Below, in pieces: positions 11,708 through 22,220 of a stretch of DNA of 64,000 nucleotides. The stretch lies in the NCBI RefSeq assembly GCF_024521635.1, contig NW_026250457.1, positions 1-64,000 on the forward strand. The letters are read 5' to 3'. Numbering within the stretch: position 1 is the stretch's first letter; every line of letters starts with the position of its first letter. The position numbers and the translations under genes were made by a program. The stretch is from Tricharina praecox (Eukaryota). The notes beneath the pieces are model-generated. The model was not told the DNA's origin, ran no database searches, and worked only from the letters and a program-made list of their open reading frames with translations.

Positions 11708-13767
11708 ATGGCCGAAGTAGCTGGTCTGGCTTTAGCCATATTCCCGCTCCTAGTAAAGGAGATCTCTGGTTACGCCAATGCGACTCACATGTTCCAGGAT
11801 GTACTGCGGTGGCGGCGGGGCATGAATAGCCTTCTCAGGGAGCTGAAGGCCGAGAACGTTTTGTTTCAGAACACTTGCGCAAGCATGCTGAATGGAACAT
11901 TCGAGGCTGAACAGGCGGTGGAGCTACTGCGAGGTGTGGGCTGGGATGACAGTTTTAAAACACATCTTCATGACTGCTGGGGCGAAAAAAATGCATCGGT
12001 TTTCATTGACGGCATGGAAGCAATGGGCGTTATTCTCCGGGAGTTTGAGCAGGATCTCGGAATCCTTGACGGCGTTTTACCAGTGTGCCAAACCCTACTA
12101 CTACTATTACTACTACTCCTACTACAGCTATGAAGTAATTTTGAGCGGACTGACCACTGACGAAGTAATAGGTCGACAAAGACAAGTACTCTAGAAAGAT
12201 GAAATGGAGCCAGATAGAAGCTGTACTACGACGGGACGATCGCCTTGCAGGGATCAAATCAACCAACGGCCAGCTTGAACGTGTTGCGATGCAGCTTCCT
12301 GCAAGTATTCGAAAATTTTCAAAACTTTCGACAGCGACGACAGAGGACATCCAAGCACGCGAGCTTGCGATCAACCTCCACGCAGTATTTAAACAAAAAC
12401 TTCAAGATACCAGCTCGTATCCTTGCAACGCCCCTCACAATGCAACTCTTCGGCTTCCAAGGGTCCGCGGACTGGCAAAGGAGAAAGGACTGATGCCTAT
12501 CAGATTCGAAGTACTCTTCCTCTTCAACGTCAAATCGTCTGATGCCAGCACTAGCTGGCGAGGATTAGATTTTGAGCCACTTGAAACATCAGATTCGGAA
12601 TCAATGGCGCTCCAAGCCTCCTCCAATGCCGTAGGACTCTACCCAACGGAAAATTCAACACCCGAGAAGCCCCGGGGGACAGGTCGGAGGCTGATCAGTA
12701 GTATGGCAACAATTTTATGTGCGCGAACCAGCGCCAGCCAGACCAAGGTGCCCGGTATAGCTCTCTCTCCTTCACTGACCGCCACCTCGAGAAGCGGAAA
12801 GTAATTTCTCTCCACGGATTTCTACGAGTCTCGCTGACTTGTCCCCAGACACCGTAACAGTGTCCGATACAACATCCCCGACGAAGCGAAGTCCATCACA
12901 GCCACCATCAAACCAACGATACCGTCTGGTGGAAAGGAAAAGGCAATCGAAAATCTGTGTTCGGTGATCCAGCAAGCGGTGCACCAAAGCTTCAATGGGA
13001 GTTCTGCGTCGGCGATATCTTTGGGTGCACTTCTGGGAGAGAGAAACGTCGCCTGGAATTGCTTACGGCCACGCACCGTGATCGCATTCCCCTTCGAAAA
13101 GATACGAGCGATACCACTTGATGCTGTTCTCAAGACGGGTGGACTGCACCCGGTCGAGGCGCTAAAATTGGGTGTCCAGATTGCGCTCGCTCTCATGCAA
13201 CTTCATACTACACAGTGGTTAGGCAACACTTGGGGCAAAAAGGACATTTTCATTCTTCACCGAGAGGTCGAGCGCGAGCAGGTTGTTTCAGGTACCCGCA
13301 CCATCGTCTGAGAACCCATACTCGAGCAATCATTCGTTCAACGCATCTTTCACCCGCATCCCGACACATCATCACCACCCCCGGGTGCCGGGAGCTTGGC
13401 GGATCACCATTATAGCTTATTCTCCCTGGGCATCATCTTGATCGAGTTGGCATTGGGAAAGCCGATTGAAGACCTCCGATCCTCTGGAAAGATTACCGGC
13501 GGCCCCATCTCATAATCATGTGACGATCCCGACTACACGACCGCGTTGGATTGTCTTGGATATGTGTACTCCACCCAGGCTACCGCATACGGCGGCGCAG
13601 TAGAACGTTGCGTCAATGGCTTAAGACGTGCCGAGCTGATTCGACAGGACTTGGCCGATCCTCGCTATAAAAATGAAGTCCAGGCACAGGTTGTGTCGGT
13701 ATTTGAACGGAACTTAGAAGTATGTGTACGAGTTACTTCCCATTCTCTAGGTTTCATGCTGAAATAA
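11708..13767 (+). pseudogene. HeLo-like N-terminus + kinase-like C-terminal domain gene with two premature stops
   Basis: Exons 11708-12082, 12172-12800 and 12849-13767 join in frame across GT-AG introns. N-terminus MAEVAGLALAIFPLLV; ALMQLHTTQWL..W..KDIF; LFSLGIILIELALGK. TGA 13309-13311 and TAA 13513-13515 correspond to Arg and Gln codons in the 1793-2263 paralog. Confidence 0.8.
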
Positions 13768-15165
13768 GGGCGGTAGATATACCTTGGTAACTCAGCTTGA
13801 ACTGTGCCGATGTTTACTCTCTATCCGCCTGTTATGATCCCGCACGATTCACCGCAGCGCGCGGGGGCGGAATCTTGCCTAACCGCCGGAGAAGGGAGCT
13901 GCCGAGCAACAAAGTGGGGATGAATTCTATGTTACATTTCCTTGTTTCTGATTTGCGTTTCTTTCTCAGTTTTGACTTCATGATTGTTCCGCAAGACCGA
14001 TGTGGCGATTGTTTCTGCTCGCATAATTCCTCGATTCCTCTGCCTGTTTTTGCTTTCCTAGCGCATTCGTCGTTATTTTCTCATCGTTAGCCCTTGAGAT
14101 CCCCACTATAGTCCTGTGGTTGATTATACCTTGTGAAATGACACAAAATATTCCACAACTTCGAGACCGAGTGATGGTTGTGATTTGTTGGAGACATACT
14201 TTCTAAAACCTCCTCCGCAGGCAGGATAATCGGCACGTCATCACCACCTGACGGAGATACGACAGGCACAAGAGAAGACTGGAGAGGCACGAGAGACGAG
14301 TGAAAGGCTGGGTGGACCCACACACCAGTCTGTTTCGGATTAGTGTAGCTGGGCGCCACGTCACGGGAGCTTAATCAGGACTCCACATGGAATTTTCTTT
14401 TGAGTCCGGCCTGGTGTTTGCTGCCACCCTGCACCTAACGTAGCCGAGCCGGCGCGGGCCGAAAAATCGAAAGCGCGAGCTTAGCTTGAACTGTCAACTG
14501 ATCGTTCACGTGGCGGTATCGGTAGCGACCGAGACTTATTTAGCGGATATCCGCAAGACTTGGACAAGTGGAAATGATCGAGCCCAGGGAAGAAACAGGC
14601 TGATGCTGCAAAGTGACCTACAATTAGGACGATACCTACGGTTCTCAACGACGATTCCATCGATGGAAAGAGAATTCCAAGAGGCCTGGACAGTGCATAA
14701 TCCGAGCCCATGCCCCTCTCAATCATTCGTATCATTTCAGTGCGCCGCCGGGTGACCCCGCTTGAAGAAAGTTGGAGCGCACTGTATGTCAGGCTGCATA
14801 CACTGGACGCACGAAGGCGGGGTAAACGTGGGGTACTTCTTGGAAATGCAGGCTCGTTTAAATCCGTGACGCCATTGGCGCCGTTGTCGAGCGCGCGCTG
14901 CACGTAGGTGTATGAGGTAACTGCAGAGCGCAGCTGCCCCCGTCTACCGTGTGATCGAGATGGGGGGAATCGCGGGATCGCAATTTGGGGAGGCATCGGG
15001 CGGATATTGTAGCAAAAGGAATACAATAGACGGTATTCCGGGTCCGTGATGCAAGATGCGGGATTCCGTACATCTGCTGGACTCTGGGTAGCTTGAGGAG
15101 TATTCACTTCAAATACGCTCCTATGTATCTCAATCCTAGCATTATCCACCTCAATAGTAGCAACA

Positions 15166-16567
15166 ATGTCTCTCACTGCCCTTGCCAAGGAGATCCTCAA
15201 GCACGCTCAAACCCTCGATGCCTACATCGAGGAAAACGGGCTTCCGGAGCCGTCGTTCGACTCTTCCGGGCCGCTTGATTTCCCGATCGTCGCGAGCACC
15301 AAGACTGCCAAACTTCTAGAGTCTCGCACCGCGTTGATGGAGCTCAATAAGGAACTTTCAGATCTTGCTGCCGGGCCGACCCATGCGGTTGCAACAGCCG
15401 CGTTGATTGTACGTACATACGGCCTTCACATTTTTCATTCATCTCCTCGGCTTAAACCCTAATCACTCTCCTCCCTTCCCTTCTAGCCGCAATTCGAATG
15501 CATGGCCCTTCGCGCCGTCAATGGTTTCAGGATCCCCGAAGCCGTTCCCATCACCGGCAGCGCCACATTCTCTGAGATCGCTGCCAGCACCGGGGTCTCT
15601 GAGGAGATCGTCACACGCATCATCCGCCACGCCACCACGATGCGGATCTTTTCGGAGTCCGACGGCAACGTCTCACACAATGCCGCCTCGCGGGCACTCC
15701 TAGAGAATTCCCTGTTGCGGGACTACGTTACCACCGCTCTCAACACCGGGTTCCGGGTGGCATCGAACTTCCAGGAGGCGGTGGCCAAATACGGAACTGT
15801 GGATGAGCCCACGCAGACAGCATTCAATGTTGCTTTCGGCACGGATGAGTCTTTCTATCAGTTCATCCAGCGGGATGAGGAGAAGGAGAGGATGAAGGCG
15901 CTTTCCGGGTTCATGGGCTTCATGGTACAGCAGGGTGATACCGGCGGGAGGACCCATAGTCCCGAGCATCTTCTCGATGCGTTCGACTGGGCCGGGATCG
16001 GAAATGCGCTAGTCGTTGATGTGAGTCTTTACCGAATGCACCGTACAGTTCCTTACTGAAACGCTCCAGGTCGGCGGTTCCCTCGGCGAGGTCAGCGCCC
16101 TGATCGCCGCCCAGCACAACAACCTGCGCTTCATTGTCCAAGACCTCGCCCCCATCATCGCCCTCGCAGAGCCGCACTCACAGATAGCCTTCGAGGTCCA
16201 CAACTTCCTTACTCCCCAGCCCCCGACCTCCGCCGATGCCGACGTCTTTCTCCTCCGCCACATCATGCACGACCACTCGGACAAACACGCCGCCACGATC
16301 CTTCGCAACATAACACTCGTGATGAAGCCCACCGCTAAGATCTTAATCGTAGATTTCATCCCCTCGGCCGACGCACCGAACGTCGTCCGGAAGGCGAAGG
16401 GAACCGGCGATATGTTCATGATGGCGTTGCTGGCTGGCAAGGAGCGTGAGAGGACGGATTGGGAGAGGCTTCTGCAGAATGCAGACACAAGGTTGAGGAT
16501 TATGAAGTTTACAGAAACGGCCGGGAGTGCATTCGGGGTTGTGGAGGTGGGATTCGCGAACGAATAG
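15166..16567 (+). CDS. SAM-dependent O-methyltransferase (Methyltransf_2, fungal OMT type), ~424 aa
   Basis: Exons 15166-15408, 15487-16020 and 16070-16567 join in frame with canonical introns. SAM motif VVDVGGSLG, FIVQDL, FLLRHIMHDHSD and GKERERTDW. Confidence 0.92.
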
Positions 16568-18067
16568 CGGGATATTTGGTGGAACAGATAGCTGGGTAAA
16601 TAGGAAATCTGCTGCCATTGATTCATTCGTGTGACCCCGTATCGTTGCTTTCATCGCCTATAGCTCTGCTAGCCTCAATGGAAATGTATGGGTTCTCAAA
16701 GAATCCCCCTACTCTAGCTCCCCCTTAGCGATATGATTTGTGATGTCAGAACGGTCAATATCCGGTGCAGATCCAAATTTTGTGATTCAATTTTGACTAT
16801 ATTCCCGATTCTCAATCGGGTGCTCACTGCTCAGGCACTTCTTGGCAATCCCAATCTTCTCCAAGGTAGTTGGGCGGCTGGAATGTTGTTTTCTCCAGCG
16901 GCTCATGCATAGGGCACTCAGCTTCTGTGTGTAACCGTGGGGGTTATGTACGCCGGTGGAGGAGCGATTGAGTAAGATGAAAACGTTATCTGACGTAACC
17001 TTGGAAGAGTAACGGCGAAAATGAAAGATGGTTATGAACTTGATGTTGTATTTAACCTCGAAGAGGCATCAAGTATGGCTCTCCTCCGCTGCTTACAACG
17101 TTCGGTGTCACTCGATCCGGCTAGAGTAGTCTAGCTGACACCGCCATTTAGAACCACCGATCGGAGTCTCCCCTTATCTTATCTGATCATCCATCCAACC
17201 TTCGTGGGCTTCCTCGCTCGGAGCTGGCAGACGACACGATCCCTCTAGGTATACCACCACGGGTCACAGTTCCATCCGCAGTAAAGGGCACCTCTATAGT
17301 AGCTAGCTTGAACTAATCGCATCTCCATTCGCGATCTCCTCCTTCCGAGGTAATCCGTCGCCTGTTCCCCTGCCGGTGCCGGTAGATCGTTCACCATCTA
17401 CTATAATCTACCCCTAATCTCGTCTATTACATCTATCACATTCGTGCAAGTATCGTATCTGATCCTCCATCTCTTCCTGCCACTTGGGAAGTTGGGATGG
17501 CAGACAACAGGGGGTCTTGTTCGCGCGTAGCCGGGGCTCGGATATGTTCTGCCTCCACCGCTAATCCTTTCCTGGGCTGATGACACATCAAAAGTAGAGC
17601 CGCGTGCTCTAGGAGCTTGGTCTGGCACGGGTGACACATGCGAGCCTCTCGGTAAACTTTAAAGTCGATTTGCCACTAAATGAGGAGGCTAACTATAGTA
17701 CAACGCCACACTTCCTTATGGCGGAATATTGCCTGGACTCTTGGAGCCGGACTGCCAGAATTGACCTTGTGCCGATGTAGAGTACCGAGGGTCGCGTGAC
17801 GTCATTTGTGAGTGCCGGAGAGCGGAGACCTTGTCGAGACCTGGGTGGGACCAACTGATGGGGGAGTGAGACCTTGTCGGGAGCTGGTGAGACCAAGTGT
17901 GATGTAGGTGACGCGAAGTGTTTCTGAGGGGAGACCCGATAAGGTCGTTCAACGTTTAACTGATTGTGGTGTCACTATTTCTGGTCGTCCAGCTCCTCTT
18001 TTTCTCGATGACGGCACACCCACGAAGCCCATCAATCAACCCATATTTACACCCATCTCCGCGCCCG

Positions 18068-19940
18068 TCATATATACATCGTTATCTTCTCCAGCACCGA
18101 AATAACCTCCTCCCTGAACAATCTCTGCAACTTCAGATCATCCTTCGTGTCATGATCGACCGAGAAGTCTCCCGACAGACATCTCTGCACGATCGCAGTA
18201 TATTTCTCGCCCACTTTGTCCTTCAATCTCCTCGCCGCGTGTTTCTGCAGCTGCTTCTGCACTCCGTGCGGATCCGTCGCGGTCGAGAACTGATTTTGCT
18301 CGAGTTCGATGGCTGGCTGCCACAATCCGATCTCTAGGAGCACAACGCCTAGGTGGTGGCGAAAGATTAGCAAGCATTCTCCTGGGAAGACACTGTGGCA
18401 CACACCGAGCGCGTAGATATCGTGTATTTTGGAGAAGGGGCGCGATGGTTGTCCTTGGCGGTCGGGGTGACGGTAGATATCATTCTCGATGTCGTCGGAT
18501 TGAACGCCGGCGGTGAAATCGTTTTCCGGTCGGCTGTACTCGAAGCCGAAGATGAACGGTTTATCGAATTCGATGGCACGCCGTTGGGAGTCGCTGGGGC
18601 GAAAGAAGACGATCTTTGCGCTGCGGAAGGATTTGTGTACCTGTAAGGCAGGGCGGGCGAAACCGTATTGGTCAATCAATCTGACCCGAACATCTCAGTG
18701 GGAAATGTTCTTGGAGGCAGTATACCCATTGAACCATATGCAGCTGAGCCATAGAGGATGCGAGGACCACCGCAAGTCGAAATTTATCCCCGAGAGACGG
18801 CCTGGACTTCCGATTCTTTAGCTCCCCAAGCAAGGAAATCGGCTGCGGTTCGTAGCCGGACGGGATCCTGAACAGAAACGCGAACCGGTTCTCGCTGGCA
18901 AGGTGAGCATAACCGCAACACTGTAGGACGCGAAAACTGGGGTCCTTGTCCTGGCTAAGCAGGGCGGCCAGTTGTCGCGCGCGAGCGACCACCGTCTGCT
19001 GGATTGCCTTGCCGACCGGAATGGTTTTGTATTCGAGCGCGACTTGCTCCGTCCCGAGCTTGCAGATGGAGACGCCGGTGTCGCGAGAGCGAGTCGACGC
19101 CGAGCTTCCGAGATCGTTGTCGAAAGTGATCGACCAAGGCTCGATCTCTAGCTTGGCTTGCTCCACCGCCGACTGCTCGTCGAGGGCCATGATGCGCAAG
19201 CGCACGTCCGAATCGAGACCTAATGCCTTGGCATTCCCGCTTCTCTCGAGTGTTCGGCAGTATTCGAGATCTCGACCGAGCGTTGACGAAAGTAGAAGAA
19301 GCTTTATCTGGTTATAGATGGCCGCGTTCATGTCGTTGAAGTCGGCCAGTAACTGCTCCGCTTTTTTCTTGTCTTTCCACGCCCACCGCATTTTTGCTAA
19401 CGTACTGCTCGATGGAGATCGCACTAGTGACGACCGTCTGCCTGCGAGAGTGGCCGACAAGAATGTCGAGCTCTGCGACGGGCTGTTGTCCGGTGTGCTA
19501 CCCCATTCGACTGAGTTGCGTTGGTAGGGAGCCGTATCCACTGCGTCTCCGTATCTCCCCCACACAAGGCGATAGACGTTTGACATGATTCCTTCGAGCT
19601 GCTCGAACATGTCCACGATCTCGGACTGGATCTCGGCATCGAATCGACTGAAGGGGGTGTCTTGGTCGTCCTGCGAAGATATCGGCGTGCTCAGTAACTC
19701 TTTGAGTTGACGTGTGCGCGTGAGCTCGTGGCGTGTGCGTAAAAACAATCGAGAAGAGTCCTAGCGGTCGGATTAGCTGATCGCCAACATACGGTTTGCA
19801 GCGCCGGCTGGCCGCGGGAGTGCGCGTCGTGCCTCGTCAAAGTCCTTCGCCGTCCGGACAAGTTCGGTCGTTAAGAATCCCAGCTTCAAGATCTGTTCGA
19901 CGACGGTGAGTGAAATGGCCGCGACCTCGAGTCCCGACAT
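18068..19940 (-). CDS. HeLo (prion-inhibition/propagation-type) N-terminal domain + degenerate protein-kinase-like domain, ~552 aa
   Basis: Exons 19940-19833, 19760-18726, 18640-18406 and 18348-18068; intron 1 needs a GC donor. MSGLEVAAISL N-terminal helix and KMRWAWKDKKKAEQLLADFNDMN (HeLo C-terminal motif). Kinase-fold motifs WVHKSFRSAKIVFF, IFGFEYSR, IYRHP, HDIYALGVVLLEIGLW. Confidence 0.85.
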
Positions 19941-20243
19941 TTCGTGCGGTATGGTTGCTGATGGGGTCGGGTGAAGTTGATGAACCGCACATCTCCAACC
20001 CCGCACGTGGGCTGGAACCTCGCCAGTGGCTGTGTGTATGTGCGGGGAAGTTGCGCGCACCACTACGCGCTGTTTGTGCGCGATCGGTGCGGCTGAGTTG
20101 GCCATCGCATCCAGCTCCTAAATCCGTCCACCGCTGCATGGTTATGTTGTGCGAACGTTTGCCGTCCTTTGCGCGTCGTCCGTTTCGCGTCGTTCTTTGA
20201 GAACTAAGTTCAACGCAGAGACAACTTCACCATCTGGGCAATC

Positions 20244-22220
20244 ATGTCGACCATGACTGTGAGTTCGGCGGACACCGCGGGAGGGAGCGCGCCGACGACA
20301 GCACAGTGCACGCCAAGCGAGAGCAGGGATTTCCACAGCTTGCCTACCGAGAGTTGGGCGACTCGACTATCGCGGACGGCCATATCTTCTGTCGGCGGTT
20401 TCGGCTTCACCGCGAGTTATGCATATGATCGCTCGGTGCTGGGCAGTCTGGAGGAGGCGTTGCGGACACTGCAGAAGTTGAACGTAAAAAACTGCCGCAT
20501 GGACGAGCTCGAACGACTGAACGCCATCGACGAGGGCGAGACATTTACGGTGGAGAGATGTGTCTACGCGGGGAATCCGGTAGCGGTGAAGCGGTTGAAG
20601 ATGGGAGAGTCGGGCAACACGGATGCGAAGAAGCTCGGGAAGCGGTTGGCCAACTTACTCGTGGATCTTCGCATCATGCATCACACGCCTCTTCGGAGCC
20701 ATCCGAACGTCCTCGACCTGATCGGTTACGGCTGGAACATGGAAGATTTGGTTCCCTTCGTGGTGGTCGACTACGCTCAGCTGGGGAATTTTAGGACCTA
20801 CTTGAAGGACAGCGATCATAAGGTAGCCTTCATGGACAAGGTTGTTTTCATCGGGGACGTGGCGGCGGGTTTGACAGCTCTTCACGATTGCGACATAGTG
20901 CATGGAGATGTTAAGCTGGACAACGTGCTGGTATTCCATTCCTGGGATCGTCCCGGCGGCGCAATCGCGAAGATATGCGACTTCGGCCATTCTCTGATAG
21001 TATCGGAGTACGAGACGCAATACACGCCGTATGCCGGAACGCCTCTGTGAGTGGCTTCCGCTTCCCGCACCTCGTCCAGGGCTGGTCTGACGCTTCGCAG
21101 GTACAATGCTCCCGAGGTACCCCGTCAAGAGACTACCCAGATATCCCCCGAAAATCTTCACAAATGCGATATCTGGGCATTCGGACTACTTGTTTGGGAG
21201 ATTCTGAAGGACGGCGGACGTTACTTTGATAGCCGGTGGATGGCCGATACCTCTATTATCGAGTCAGTTGGTGTTCCCGAAGAGATCGCATTTGAGAATT
21301 TCGACTTTTCGCTCCTTCGTGGGTACGCCGTGACCTTTCTCAGACAGATGCCAAACCAGGACTCCTTCTGTGGTGACTTCGCGAAGGCAGCTCTTCGCGC
21401 ACTACTTTCCAACACACTCCAGATTGATCCAGTCGCTCGTCGAAGCAACCTAAAAGCATTTCCCATAATGACGGCGTGGAAGTGAGTGTCAATCTATCCT
21501 GCATAGGTAGTCCCTTACTAACTGACAATTCCAGCGTAACCGGACAAACGAATCTCCGGGCACAGCTTGCGAAACACGTGGGCAACTCAGACTTAACATG
21601 CGACGTGAGCCAGAACTACTTTTATTTAATTTTAAACGGATTGCATTCTGATGCCATTTGCACAGCTCTTCGACTACGACCACCTCCTATGGAACTATCA
21701 GGAGCAGATATTTCAAGAACTCGAGAAGACGTCCACCCGAGCGACCGCCGAAGATCGGAAGGGGAGCATGACTTTTCAGTTGGCATTATGCCACATCCTG
21801 GGATTTGGTACCTCAACGCAACTCGATAAAGCTGCCGAGGCCATACGACAGGCCCAGGAGCTGAGCCACCCCGTAGCGACTATCTTCGGAGAGCAGCTGT
21901 GTACCGGAGTCTCGGGAAAGCTCACTGAAACGTACTATTCCTGCGTCATCCGTGGTCTCCGAGCCGGAATGATTGGAGTAGCGCCTGGGAATGAGTTGCT
22001 TGACGCGCTGTTCCGAGCAGATGTCGCAACGGCGAGCCAGCTCCTCGATACTAGTATCAGCGTGCAGACTACGGAAGACGGTTGTTCCCCTCTACACATG
22101 CTCTTCGTCTTTGGTGATGAGGCACATATTATGGGTGCGAAAATGTTGGCAAACTGGGCGAAGGACACGCGGGCCCATATTCAAGATCCTACCATAGTAT
22201 GGGACATCCCTATCCGCTGA
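20244..22220 (+). CDS. Ser/Thr protein kinase with a Sel1-like repeat and an ankyrin-like repeat, ~602 aa (3' end uncertain)
   Basis: Exons 20244-21046, 21101-21481, 21535-21604 and 21666-22220 join in frame. VAVK, HPNV, HGDVKLDNVL, DFG, GTPLYNAPE and DIWAFG are intact; FQLALCHILGFGT (Sel1-like); DGCSPLH (ankyrin-like). A possible further intron 22197-22245 would extend the CDS to 22650. Confidence 0.88.

Noticed and set aside
14481..15200. 239-aa minus-strand ORF overlapping the OMT start
   Set aside because: No recognisable motifs; it is antisense to the OMT promoter and 5' end.
1057..16567. Thioesterase + O-methyltransferase as a secondary-metabolite cluster
   Set aside because: No PKS, NRPS, terpene synthase, transporter or cluster regulator is present in the window, and the two genes are ~13.5 kb apart.
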